A program made the translations under genes and the position numbers. The notes beneath the pieces are model-generated. The model made no database searches, was not told the DNA's origin, and saw only the letters and a list, made by a program, of their open reading frames with translations. From Torpedo marmorata (lineage: Eukaryota), in contig OZ360229.1 of assembly GCA_977017645.1 (NCBI GenBank), forward strand, positions 111,910,001-111,974,000: a stretch of 64,000 nucleotides of DNA. The letters are read 5' to 3'. Shown in pieces: positions 23,479 through 37,400 of the stretch (position 1 is the first letter of the stretch; every line of letters begins with the position of its first letter).

Positions 23479-26329
23479 ACATTATCCATTATTTGCTCCC
23501 AGCATATTCAGCATTTTCCAACCAAAAGAAACTCTGGCTTCTTGATAAACATCTGAAACTTGTGAACAATTGCTGCAAGGAGAATCACTAACAAAACTAA
23601 TTCCTCTTGTCATGAAGAAATTATTAAACAATTTTTTGTGGAAGCGCTAGCAATAGTAGCCATTCAATGATTTGAGGTGGTTTGGACTGGGGTTTTTTTT
23701 GCAGTTAAGAGGACCAAAAGAATCCTAAATATAAAGTTGTCAAACGACAATTCTTGTAGAAGGAAACACATTTATACAAACAAGCTGAAGCCCTGTAGTA
23801 AGAGCTTACTTTAACATGAAACTCATGAAGTGGGGTCAGAGTGGTACAAAATGGGCAAGAGGCACACATCAGTTAGAGGACTGATGAATATAATCGCTTT
23901 TCAGAATGCAAGGAGATAAACAATGAACTGAAGACTGACAAATTTCAAGATGGTAGCAAGCAATTAAGGCAACAAACTTTGTCATTTATTGACAGAGTAC
24001 TTGCGTACAAGAGCAGAAACATCTTTCGATAGATATATAGGGCCCTGGTGAGAAAGCACCTGGAACATCCTGCAGGAATTTGGTCTCACCCAAGGAAAGT
24101 GATACATGCAATGCAGGTTGTGCCTCACAGAGTTTACCAGCTTGACTCAGGAGGAGGGGAACTATCCTATCAGGCCTATGCACAAGAAAAGGAGGTTTAG
24201 AAGTGCTGGTTTGGGGAGGGCAGGGAAGATCTGGGAGAGCAGGTGAAGTTGAATATTCTAACAATGGTTGTGACTATGAAAGGATTCAAGATTGGAGCAC
24301 CTGTCGAAAAACCATGTGATCTTAGCAAGGATGGGTGAACTAATTTTTCTCAAGTATACAGAAAAATACAAGAAAATACAAGAAAACATAAGTAAATCTG
24401 CCATCCGCAGTTTTAAAATTAACTGAAAAAATAGGCCTTTTTTCGTGGCATTTTGGACTAAACCAGGTTATAACTATATTTGCATCGGTTGGTTGATTCT
24501 TTCCCTTGGGCTTCAAAGCCTTTTGATCAACAAATAAAAGGAAATTTCAGAGCTCAAGCAATGATCCAGATCTTGTCATGGTGAACTTGGTAAAGTTAGT
24601 GAAGATAATGACCAATCTTCATTGCTGAGTGCTTTTAGCATGAAGTTTACTGAAGAATATTTCTCTGACTCATAGCAAAACATTTTAATAGTGAAACATA
24701 GATCAGGCCATCAAACAAAAAATACTACTTTCTTGGTTATTATTTTTCATTACCTCATTCTAGCCTAGATTTTCCCCCAGAAATGTTGACTGTCCTGTTT
24801 CTGATGGACAATTCTTTCACAAGAGATCACCAAAGTTAATTCATTCATCCAGCTTTATTTCATGTGCAAACTTCAACAGCAAATAGAGGCTCAGTTCCAG
24901 AAGATATAAAATACAAACAAGTTATCCTTTAGAACTGTCCACATGCATGGACCTAAGAATCTAAGGACCTGTTTCCAAGAATTTTGTCCATATTAAGTTC
25001 TGCAAAATTGGATGTAATTTTCTCAGCTGCTGTAAACTGACTACAGTAAAAGTCCAAAATTCCAGATGCCAGAAATCCGGACCGCTCAAGAATCCGGACT
25101 TCTTGAAAACTCTTGGCTTTTGTGTGCGTGCGTAAGCATCACAGATGTACAGCAGCAACAAGTCTGTTCTGACTCAATGTCAGTGAGTTAATAAGGCATT
25201 AAAAACTCGTCATTATTACAAATGCATGGTTAAACCTCTTTACCTTAATTGTCATTGTTATTTTTCATAGATGGTAATTATTCACTGCTGTCAGTCCATG
25301 CTATAAGTCCAACACATTGTATTTTTTCAATTCTGCATTTTATCTGAGTATTTGCAGAAGAGAAATACTATATTGTTTAATTTCTCTACCAACACAATAC
25401 ATTAATAATGAGTAATATTCACACAAAATGACCATGCATCAACATTTAAATGATTAAACCTATTAATTAATTGCTTGGGATATATTCAATATCTCTTCCT
25501 GCACCCAACTCCCGAGAAAGGTAAAGAAAAAAACTGATCCCTCAATAGAAGTTTACTTTAAAGTTGATCTGCATGTTACTCAGTACCACAGTAACTTTAA
25601 AATCATCTAAATTATTAATGTATGTCCTTTCCATCCTCTTCTACATAAAATGGAAAAGTTGAGGCATACAAAGTTGAGAACACCGGTTGCGAGAGGAGTT
25701 GACTGTCCACCAACATACAATATTCAGTTGCAAAGTTCCAATGTAGTTACATTAGTTTCAATTTTTACATTTAGAAAGGCCCTTCACAAATCTTTTTTTT
25801 TTTTTTTGCAATGCACCGTTTGAATGTTCAGCAACTCACTTCCTATTTGTGATTTGGAGACCAAATCCAACTCAACACCAAACTCCAGAGACTCACAATT
25901 AAACATCCAAATTAAAATTGCCTACTGGCTGGTAAAACAGTTTCTTAACTTAGCGTTCGAGAGAAATGGTGGATATATATCAAAATATGGGATTGTATTC
26001 ACTTCGATCCCAATTGTGACATGTGCATATAATTGGCAATCATGAATAATGTTGGTTTAATTCTTTAAAACAAAAGTATGCAAACATCATATCTAAACTT
26101 CTTCAGACATTCAAAATACACACTGAAAAATCAAAACTGCTTTGATAAAGGTCTTATTTTGAAATTATAGGATGTAATTTTTGATGAACTACAGTCATTC
26201 TCCATTTATCAAATATCTAAATCAATTCAGGACTTCAATTTTGAAAGCAATCAATTTAATCTTCAATTATTTCTGATCACGACACACACCAAAAATCTCT
26301 GTACATTTTCCACCAATATATCATGGAAA

Positions 26330-28335
26330 ATCATGTCCAACAAACTTGATAGAATTTTTTGAAGAGGTAACAAAAGCGTAGATGAGGATAAGGCAGTTGA
26401 CGCTATTTATATTGAATTTTGTAAAGGATTTGATAAGGTCCCACTTGGCAGGATAGGGCACGCGGGATAGGAGGCCAACCAGCAAACTGAATTTAAAAAA
26501 TGTCTAAGTGACTGGAGTCAGAGTGGTTGTAGAGGTCAATATTTTAGACTGGAGGACTGCGACTAGTGGAGTTCCTCCAGCATTTACTGACAGATCATCA
26601 GAGATGTCCTCCTTTTCAAACAACATGGCTTTCCCTCTACTACCATCAACTTGGCCCACACCCGCATATCCTCCATTACCCACAGATCTGCCCTGGCCAC
26701 CTCAAGGACAGGATTCCCCTGGTCCTCACTTACCACCCCACCAGCCTCCGTGTCCAACATATCCTCCTCCACCATTTCCTCCACCTCCCACGTGATCCCA
26801 CTACCAGACACATATTCTCCTCTCCTCTCTGCCTTCTGCAGGGATTGCTCTCTCCGTGCTTCCCTCATCCATTTCTCCCTACCCCACCAATTGTCCCCTT
26901 GGCACCTAATCTTGTGACCACAGGAGATGCTCCACCTGCGTCCACACCACCATTCGGGGCCCCAAACAGTCCTTCTAAGTGAAGCAACACTTCTAAGTGA
27001 AGCCAGACTGAGACCACCCACAAATTGGAGGAAAAACCCCTCATCTTCTGTCTGGACACCCTCCAAACAGATGTCATTAACATCGACTTCTCGGTTTCCA
27101 TTAGAAATCACACCCCAACCCCCTATATTCATCCCCTGTTTCCTTTCCTCTAGTTCTGTCACTCTCTTCCCTTTTCCCTCTGTGTCTTTTCACAGTGCCA
27201 AAATCAATTCTCACTTTACCTCTTATCATATCCAATTAGTTTTAGTTTTTTATGGTTTTATTTAGTTTTAAAAAACCTTTAGTTTTTTGGTCTGGATTCC
27301 TTTCCCTCCCATTCTTCCCTCTTTCTCTTCCAATCTTTATTCTGACACCTGCCTGCTTTTGATTATACCTTGAAGAAGGTCTCAGGTCCAAAATGTCAGT
27401 AATATATCTTTACCTCCTATGGATGCTGTGAGACTGGCTGAGTTCCTCCAGCATTTACTGTGTTTTTACTGATTCGGTACTAGGGTTCGGTACTAGCTTG
27501 CTTTTTGTATTATTCAAAAATAATTTGGACAAGGATATTTGTTGCAAGGTGTGCAAGTTTGCTGATGACATGAAAATATGTGCTACAGTGGACAGTTAAG
27601 TAATTTACCTGGGTTTGCAATGGTGTCTAGATCAGATGTGTAACTAGGCTAAGGAATGGCAGATGCAGTTTAACTCAGAGAAGTGTGATGTTCTGCATCG
27701 GGGCAAATCAAATCAGGGCAGGACTTACTGTTTTAACAGCAGAGCTCCAAAGAGTGTTAGGTACTAGGGGGACCAAGGGGTGCATCTTTAACAATGGCAG
27801 CACATGTAAACAGAGTAGTGAAGAGAGTATGTAGGATATTTGCCTTCATCATTTGCGGGAATTAATACACGTGTTGGGACATCATGTTGAAGGTATGTTG
27901 GCAAGGTCACCTAGCTATAGGAAGATTTACAAAGCTGTTACCAGAATCAGGGAATTTGAGTTATAATGGGAAACTAGAAAAGTTAGGCCTGTTTTAATTA
28001 CATCATAGGAGGTTGAGAGGGGATCTTATTGATGTCATGAGAGACATAGAAAAGATGAATCGTGACAGTCTGTTTTTGATAGTAGGAGAACCTAAGACAG
28101 GATGGCATAACTATAAAGGCAAGAGGCTGGATTTAAAAGGGACTTCTTCAATATGAGGGTGGTGAGCACATGGAACGAGCTGCCAGATAAAGTTGAAGAG
28201 ACAGGTACATTAGCTTATTTTAAGAAACACGGACAATTACATGGATGGGAGGGGCTTGGAGGTGCATGGGCCTCATGCAGGCAAGTGGAACTAAAGCAGG
28301 AGGGCACATTGTTTGGGCCGGTTTCCATGCTGCAA
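26330..28335 (+). mobile_element. Degenerate CR1 LINE with nested Penelope-like element at about 26580-27470 (duplicated at 39327-41332)
   Basis: CR1 motifs: NLIEFFEEVT, FCKGFDKVP, TSGVP, KFADDMK, RVVSTWNELP. Insert: KDRIPLVLTYHPTSLRVQHILL plus terminal motif. Confidence 0.8.
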
Positions 28336-28549
28336 GACTCATTATTGCCAATATTGGCATTTACATTCCATAAAATCTGCCTCTAATCAGAGATCTTGTT
28401 TAAGAGTCAACCATACAGGTGGGTTTGGTGGTCACAGAGAGGCCTGAGTGGATAAAGGTGGCAAATGTTTCTTTTATTTTTTCCAGTGTTTGTATGACAG
28501 TACTAAAGGCAATGAACTCCTTTCTTGAGCTACTACAGCCATTCTGGTG

Positions 28550-29689
28550 AAGATACTTCCAGAATGCTATCGTGCAAGAGTTCCAGGATTAACAGCCAGC
28601 AACACTTTAGAAAGGCTGATACATTTTCAAGTCCAGATCGTGTACAACTTGTGGAGGAGACTGCAGGTGGCAATGTTTCTATTTAATGCAAAACCGTGCC
28701 CTTATTGGCAGTAGAAGTTGGGGATTTGAGAAGTGCTGCAAGACTTCTGGTGCTGCATTTAGATAGTGCCCACTGCAGTCACTATGTGCCAGGGCTGGAA
28801 TAAATTAATGGTTTGAGTTGTGGATGGGGTTTCAATCAAGCAGGCGATTTTTCCTGGATGGTTTTGAGTTCTGACAGTTTTTGGAGGGAAACTCATTGAA
28901 CCAGGTGGAGACCATTCCATTATTCTGACATGTTTTAGTGGAAAGGCTTTGAGAGCATCATCAGAGGTTTCCCAGCTCTGACCTTGACTGTTTTTTTTAT
29001 TATATATATATATAAAAGGAATCACATTCTTATATAGTTCTGGGAGAATACAGGAACCAGATGTCATTTTTGTCAAGGATGGCATGACTGCAGTCATTAA
29101 TATTTCCATTCACTTCAAAGAAAACATCAAATCTCTGGGGACCACATATTTTGAAAAGGCCAAGAAACATTGCTACCTTGAAGTTACTACAAGGGACTAT
29201 TGTAAAATTGCCACAGAAAGTGTTTATATTATCATGTTGAGAAGGATACAGTTCCCAGAGAAGGAGTTTGTGGTGGACTTCAGTGTTTATCTGGCTGATC
29301 CAGTCAATAGTAATCTGACAGTTTCTTAATTTTGCTGGTATTTGTGATGGGAATGCCACTGAATACAAAAAGTAGGTGGTCCTTGCCTGGAATTTTGGAG
29401 CTGCACATGTAACTTGGAGATCAGTTCATGCCCAGCATTGGCTTTGTCCTGCTGCATGGACTGGTTCATTTACTGAGAGAAGCAAATACAATTGCAATCT
29501 TGAGCATTCACCCACTTCTGACCTCGTGATGAGAAGGATGGTCATTCATGCAGTTGAAGGTGGTTGGATCAAGAACACTGAAGAACTCCTGCAGTGAAAG
29601 TATTTGTCTGACTTGATGGACCTCCAACAACCATCTTCCTCTGGATTAGTCTTTGACTACAATCATTGGGTCATTTGCCTTTTAAGATT
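28550..29689 (-). mobile_element. Ancient LINE remnant; duplicated at 41547-42686 and continuing at about 47309-48130
   Basis: Degenerate RT-like motifs; sequence across the L1-B TSD reads VKSAFDGLW (cf. DIKAAFDRVWH). Confidence 0.55.
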
Positions 29690-29701
29690 CCACAACCCAT
29701 C

Positions 29702-32700
29702 TTTTTCTTTTTTAAATCTCTTTATTAATTTCATAAAATCATGGATATAACAGTTCATTCACTATATACGTGTACAGAAAAAAAAGCAAAGAAAAGCATT
29801 ATCACATGTTCCATTAATCCATCCATTACAGAGTATACATTACAGATATAATACTAAATTGTAAAGAAAAAAAAATGATATATAATACCAATAGGTATAA
29901 AAAGAACCAAGCCACAAAAAAAAGATAATATAGTAATTTCATCATAGTACATTTTTTTATAAAAGCTAAAGCAATCTAAACTGGCCTACCTCCTACCCCA
30001 CCCTAGAATTGCACTGACCTGTAGAAATAAAAACTTCAAATCATGAGGAATCATGAACTCTGATAATAGTCGATAAAGGAACCCCAAATATTAGTAAATT
30101 TTAGGTTTAATTTAATATTTGAACATCTAATCTTTTCTAATGTTAAATAGGTCATTAAACTTGATAGCTAATCTTCATATATAGGAGGATTACCATCCTT
30201 CCATTTTAGCAAGATCTGTCACCTTGCAACCAGAGATGAAAAAGCAATCACATATTTTTGATTATTAGTAAGATCATGATTACTAGGATCATTTATACCA
30301 AATATTGCTATAAATGGATTTGGATCTAATTGAGTAGTTAAAACCAAAGAAAAAGTACAAAAAATTTTGTTCCAAAATCTAACTAACTTAGGGCACAACC
30401 AAAACATGTGAAATAATGTACCTTCATGAACATTACATCTATCACACATAGATGATATAATTAATGAAAATTTAGACAGTAAAGGTTTCGAGTAATGAGC
30501 TCTATGAACTACTTTGAATTGAATTAAATTATGTCTTGCACATAATGAAGAGGTATGGATATGGTCCAAAATATTGGACCACACTGAAGGTGAAAAAACT
30601 TCTTAAAAAATCTTTCCCAAGCCTCCTTTATTTTATCCACATGCTGTATCACATTTTCTTTTGAAAGGTTATAAAATACTGACAATGGTTTTGGTATATC
30701 AGGAGTGATAGTAAAAAATCTTTTCTATGATTACTAACTTTAAATCTAAAGGAAACTCCAATCTCAAGGAATTTATAAAATTCCTAACTTGAAAGTATCT
30801 AAAATAATTGTTTCTAGATAAGTTGTACTTATTAACCAACTGTTCAAAAGTAATAAAATTAGAATCTATAAACAAGTTTTTAAATGAACATATACCGTGA
30901 TCTTCCCAAATATGGAACCCTCTATCCCCACTTGCTGGGGTAAAAAAGGTATTGAAATTTATTGTACTATCAAGCAAGAAATTAAGGAAATTATTTGCTT
31001 TTCTGAATTGGAACCATATTTTTAACGTTTGTTTAACTATCTTGTTATTAGAAATTTTGGAATATTTAAAGGGTTCCTAATATAGATACTAACGGATGTT
31101 TACCTATAACCTTCATTTCTGATTTCATCCATTTAAATCTTTCTTCATAATTCTTAAAAAGTATCCAAATATTAATAAATTTAATGTTAGCAGCCCAATA
31201 ATAATTCCTGAAATTAGGTAAAGCAAAACCACCCTTGTGGTTTGTCATTTTGTAGTACTTCCTTTCTTACTCTTGGTCTTTTACCATTCCAAATAAAGGA
31301 CAAAATTAAAGAGTCTATTTGATCAAAAAATACTTTAGGGAGAAATACTGGAAGTGCTTGGAATACATACAAAAATTTAGGTAAAATAATCATTTTTATA
31401 ATGTTTATATGACCAATTAATGACATAATTAACGGAGACCACCCTTTAGTTAAATTTTTAACTTTATTCAATAGAGGAAGAAAATTATCTTTATATAGGT
31501 GATCAAATTTCACTGTAATGTTAACCCCAATATATATTAAATATTTTTAAACTACCTTAAAAGGAACCTGAAATGGTAGTACATGAGGTGATTTTATCAC
31601 CATTAATTCGCTTTTACCTAAATTCAATTTATATCCCGATAAACTTCCAAATCTATCCAGTAATTGTAAAATCACTGGAACAGAGTTTTTAGGATCTGAA
31701 ACAAAGAGCAGCAGATCATCTACATATAATGATACTTTATTTTCCATTCCCTCTCTTACGATACCTGTAATATTTTCTGATTGTTTAACTGCCAATGCTA
31801 ATGGTCCCAAAGCAATGTCAAATAATAATGGGCTTAGTAAAAATCCCTGTCTCGGCCCTCGGGATAAATTAAAAGGCAATGATTTCATTGAATTTGTAAC
31901 AACCCTAGCCAGTGGTGAAGCATAGATTATCTTAATCCAATTAATAAATTTTGGTCCAAAATCAAATTTCCCCAAAACCGTAAACAGGTAATTCCACTCC
32001 ACCCTATCAAAGGCCTTCTCAGCATCTAATGAAATTACACTTTCAAAGGGAGTCTGCACTGGAGAATATACTATATTTAACAACCTCCTTATGTTGTACT
32101 GTATATGTCTTCCTTTAATAAAACCTGTCTGATCTTCCAAGATAATTAAAGGCATAATTTTTTTCAATTCTTTGTGCCAATATCTTGGATAATATTTTAG
32201 CATCAACATTAAGTAAAGATATTGGGCAATATGAGGCACAGTCTAATGGGTCCTTATTCTTTGTTAAAATCAATGAAATAGAGGCTTCATAAAAAGTTGG
32301 AGGTAATTTTCCTTTATTGAACATTTCAACTAAAGTGGTATTTAAATAAGGAATTAATAAATCTGCAAAAGTTTTATAAAATTAAACTGGAAACCCATCA
32401 GGACCAGGTGTCTTTCCAGATTGTAGCTTACAAATTGCTTCCGCTATCTCTTCAGAGGTTATGGCTTTCTCCAGAGTCTCTCTTAACTCTATTGGCAGAG
32501 AAGGAATATCCAGTTCATTTAAGAACCTATGAATTGCCTCATTGGGTTCCGTAACTTCTGAACTATAAAGTTTGAAATAATACATGCGGAAGGTTTCATT
32601 AAATTCTTCCAAATCTAATGTTTTTGTCCCATCTTCCTTTCTAATCTCAGATATCATTTGTTTAACATAATTATGTTTAGTCTGATTTGCTAGTAATTTC

Positions 32701-32769
32701 CCCACTTTCTCACCATGTACATAGTAGTTTGACTTAATTTTAAGCAAATATGATTCAATCGGATATGTT
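29702..32769 (-). mobile_element. L1-clade LINE family B, duplicated 3' part of the element at 42699-47296
   Basis: RT motifs GKTPGPDGFP, SLDAEKAFDRVEW, RQGFLLSPLLF, LYVDDLLL; C-terminal CDRCNVHEGTLFHMFWLC; many frameshifts. Confidence 0.92.
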
Positions 32770-34490
32770 TTTTTTTTTTTTTTTTAATATTTTATTTAAA
32801 TTTTTAAATCACACATTACATAATATAATTCTACATATAATTCTTAAAAACTTACATGTGATTACATTTTCTCCCCCCTCCTTCCCACCCTCCCCTCCCT
32901 AACCCCTATATCCCCCTAATCTAAATTTAAAATAAAATAAAATAATAAAAGAAAAGAAAAGAGAAAAGATAGAAAAATAGAGAAATAGAGTGAGGAGTCA
33001 ATAAGCTTAAAAAACTAATATATCTTAGAGGTTATTTCGCCAGCAGATCTGATATCCAGAGAATTTACAGTGTTAAACCCATAATCCTCATATATGGGCC
33101 CCAAATTTTCAAAAAGAAATGATATTTATTTCGTAAATTATAAGTAATTTTCTCTAATGGTATACATGACCGTAACTCTGCATGCCATCGCTCTAAATTT
33201 AAATCAACATCCGATTTCCAAGTAATAGCTATACATTTTTTTGAAACAGCTAATACTATACGTAAAAATTCTACTTGATACATATTTAATCTATGTCTAA
33301 TACTAAATTTTTTAATATCTCCAAATAAAAATAACATAGGATCCATTGCAATTTCAACATTAAAAATTCTTTCTAAAAAATTCTTAACTTTCAACCAAAA
33401 ATCTTGAATTTTTGAACATGACCATGTACAATGTGCGAAAGATCCTATTTCAGTTTTACATCTAAAACACATATCTGATAACGCTGGATTAAATTTTTTT
33501 AATTTTTTAGGTGTCAAATACAATTGATGAAAAAAATTATATTGTACCAATCTATATCTCACATTAATGACTTTTGTCATACTTAATTTACATAAATCTT
33601 TCCAATGATTTTCATCTATATTAACATTCAAATCTAATTCCCATTTCAATCTGGACTTATGCACTCCTACTTTAGACATCTTTCTTTGGAACAACTTATA
33701 CATTTGTGAAATAAATTTATTAACATTGACTTTAGTAATTAATAATTCCAATTCATTTTGCCCTGGTGCTGTTAATTCATTCCCTAATCTTTCAATCAAA
33801 AAAGCTTTAACTTGAAAATAAACTAACATTGTATTATCCAATATATTAAATTTTTCTTTTAACCTCTGGAAAGTAATAAATCTACCTGCTTCAAAACAGT
33901 CTTTTAAAGTCTTAATTCCCTTTAAAAACCATAACTTAAGTAACTGATTATCCATAGAAAATGGTAAAAGCGGATTTTGATATATTGGTGTATTTAAAGA
34001 AATTAACCCTTTTTGACCTATCTCTTTGTCTACTTGTGACCAAATTTCCAACAAATGTTTAATAATTGGTGTATTTTTCTTTTTAAGTAATAATAATTTA
34101 GAATTCCATTTATAAATAATATCTTCTTTATGTATTTCTCCCATATTATTCAATTCTATATTAATCCAAGCAGAAGATTTATTTAAATCAAAGAATTCAT
34201 TAATAAATTTTAATTGGGCCACTTTATAATAATACTGAAAATTAGGAAGTTGTAACCCTCCCATCTCATAATTCCATGTTAATTTATCTATACTTACTCT
34301 TGCCAACTTTCCTTTCCATAAAAATTTCCTAATAATAAATTTTAAATCTTTAAAAAATTTATTTGGAATACCATAAGGAATCGATTGAAAAAGATATTGA
34401 ATTCTTGGAAAAACATTCATTTTAATACAATTTACTCTTCCCATCAAAGTTATAGGTAAATCTTTCCAAAGCTCTAAATCTTTTTTTATT
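32770..34490 (-). mobile_element. Young 5'-truncated L1-clade LINE, family A
   Basis: Poly(T) at 32768-32785; AATAAA and G-rich 3' UTR on the minus strand; stop-free ORF2 C-terminus 34490-33065 with CFRCKTEIGSFAHCTWSC; homologous to 58380-60060. Confidence 0.95.
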
Positions 34491-37400
34491 TGCGTACAAT
34501 TCTGGTCTCCTTTCTTGAGGAAGGATATACTGGCTTTGGAGGTGGTGCAGAGGAGGTTCACCAGGTTGATTCCAGAGATGACAGGTTAGCCTATGAGGAG
34601 AGATTGAGTCATCTGGGACTGTAATCACTGGAATTTAGAAGAATGAGAGGAGATGGAAATGTAGAAAATTATGAAAGGAATAGATAAGATAGAGGTCAGT
34701 AAGTTGTTTCCATTGGTGGGGGAGATTGGAACTTGGGGATATAGCTTTAAGATTCAGGGTAGTAGATTAAGGATGGAGATGAGGAGGAAATGCTTTTCCC
34801 AGAGGGTGGTGAATCTGTGGAATTCTCTGCCCATTGAAACAGTGGAAGCTACCTCAGTAAATATATTTAAGACATAGTAGGGGAATTGAGGGGGGAAAAG
34901 GCAGGTAGATGGAGATGAGCCTATTATCAGATCAGCCATGATCTCATTGAATGGCAGAACAGGCACGACGGGCCGGTTGGCCTACTCCTATTTCTTATAA
35001 TTTTTATGTTCTTGTGCTCTAAAATTATAATTAACATATTAGAACCATATGCTTGTCCTGCAACATTTTAGATCCAATGATTCACAATTTTAAAAATAAA
35101 AACAAACTGCAATTGCTGTAAATCTGAAATAACCAAAAATTCTCAATGTTCAGCAGCTCAGGCAATGAAAGGTCATCAACTTGTAAAATCAACTCTTTTC
35201 ATCTCCACAGATGCTGCCTCTCCTGCATGTTGCTTTTCTTATTTTAGTCAAAAGTTAGATTTGCTTTGAGAATTTCAGGCCAATGGCAATGAGCAACCAA
35301 AGCAGCAAGATATCAACAATGCAAATTCCAATAAGGCACACAAACACTTTGTTGAATGGAATCCTGCAGTAGGGATTGAAATTCATTTGAACTGTCCATG
35401 ATATTTACAATACATTTGCATCTTAAATGCTTTATTTAAAAAAAATAACACAAGAACAGCTGAGTTTCTCCACCACTTCCGTGTATTGTAATACATCAAG
35501 TCTAAGTCTATTTTCAGCACATTGGAATTCAATTTGCAATGAACCAATGTATTAATGATCACCCACATGCAGTAGGGGTGACTGGACGTAAATCATGAGC
35601 CAACAGATGAGGAATCCAGCATCTGGCGTCTATGGCCATGCCAAGTACAATCAGTATTAAACATAAGCCATGGCAGTAAAGTTTAGGATGATGTGGCAGA
35701 GAATCATTTAGCTCATACATTGGATGGAGCTTCTGTGACCAAAAGGTTATCGAAGAGAAGTAACGTCTTTCAAGTTTGTTCAGCAAACAATTGGATTTAA
35801 AGCAAAAGAAAAGTTGGTGGAAAAACTTAGCAGCAGCTGCGAAGAGAAATGGAGAGTCGACACTTCAGGTTGAGACTCTTCATCAAGACTCGAGATGCTC
35901 CAGATTCCAGCATCAGCAGTCTCTCCAACAGGATTTAACACTCAGCAGCACAGAACCATTTTTATAATTTATCTTTGGTACATAAAATGATTGAAAGCAA
36001 ACTTGACCTGATGAGTTTCTCCAGCAATTTTGTGTATTCACTACAATCACAGTGGCTGGAGACTTTCCTGTTTAAGAGCAAACTTGTATTGTTTGTGCAA
36101 TGTATAACTGAATTTAAAGATGCAATTGTGTAATTTATTTCATATACAACCAGGAACATATTGGTTCCTAGAAAATATTCACTATTCTGCATGCACAAGC
36201 AAGAGCTAAAATTTACTTTAGTCTAAGTTGCTGAAAGCAGAGTGGCTCCAATAATTTAAATTTTAAATTCAGACATACAGTACGGTAATGGGCCCTTTCA
36301 GCCCACAAGCCCGTTCCGCCCAATTGACCTACAACCCCAGTAAGTTTTGAAGGGTGGGAGGAGACGGGATCACTCTGCAGAGACGGGAGAATGTACAAAC
36401 TCCTTATAGATAGTGCCAGATTCAAACCCCAGTCGCTGGCGCTGTAACAGCGTTGCACTAACTGTGCCGCCCAGCACATTATCCATTATTTGCTCCCAGC
36501 ATATTCAGCATTTTCCAACCAAAAGAAACTCTGGCTTCTTGATAAACATCTGAAACTTGTGAACAATTGCTGCAAGGAGAATCACTAACAAAACTAATTC
36601 CTCTTGTCATGAAGAAATTATTAAACAATTTTTTGTGGAAGCGCTAGCAATAGTAGCCATTCAATGATTTGAGGTGGTTTGGACTGGGGTTTTTTTTGCA
36701 GTTAAGAGGACCAAAAGAATCCTAAATATAAAGTTGTCAAACGACAATTCTTGTAGAAGGAAACACATTTATACAAACAAGCTGAAGCCCTGTAGTAAGA
36801 GCTTACTTTAACATGAAACTCATGAAGTGGGGTCAGAGTGGTACAAAATGGGCAAGAGGCACACATCAGTTAGAGGACTGATGAATATAATCGCTTTTCA
36901 GAATGCAAGGAGATAAACAATGAACTGAAGACTGACAAATTTCAAGATGGTAGCAAGCAATTAAGGCAACAAACTTTGTCATTTATTGACAGAGTACTTG
37001 CGTACAAGAGCAGAAACATCTTTCGATAGATATATAGGGCCCTGGTGAGAAAGCACCTGGAACATCCTGCAGGAATTTGGTCTCACCCAAGGAAAGTGAT
37101 ACATGCAATGCAGGTTGTGCCTCACAGAGTTTACCAGCTTGACTCAGGAGGAGGGGAACTATCCTATCAGGCCTATGCACAAGAAAAGGAGGTTTAGAAG
37201 TGCTGGTTTGGGGAGGGCAGGGAAGATCTGGGAGAGCAGGTGAAGTTGAATATTCTAACAATGGTTGTGACTATGAAAGGATTCAAGATTGGAGCACCTG
37301 TCGAAAAACCATGTGATCTTAGCAAGGATGGGTGAACTAATTTTTCTCAAGTATACAGAAAAATACAAGAAAATACAAGAAAACATAAGTAAATCTGCCA

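Larger units (their letters stand above)
21494..32769 (+). repeat. 11,276-bp tandem segmental duplication, copy 1
   Basis: Matches 34491-45766 from TGCGTACAATTCTGG to TCAATCGGATATGTT; ORF-track entries recur at a fixed offset of 12,997. Confidence 0.98.

Noticed and set aside
25042-25110. Tigger-like MITE end (TACAGTAAAAGTCCAAAATTCCAG...)
   Set aside because: No matching opposite TIR found; at most a fragment.
25840-25921. Possible minus-strand exon (AG...GTGAGT; AILIWMFNCESLEFGVELDLVSKSQIG) inside the duplicated unit
   Set aside because: Weak acceptor, unrecognised peptide and no partner exons; needs RNA-seq. If real, the duplication would have doubled an exon.
33065-34561. 498-aa ORF as a host or chimeric gene
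   Set aside because: It is L1 ORF2 C-terminus read through from antisense CR1 sequence at the junction; the start is a GTG with an in-frame stop shortly upstream.
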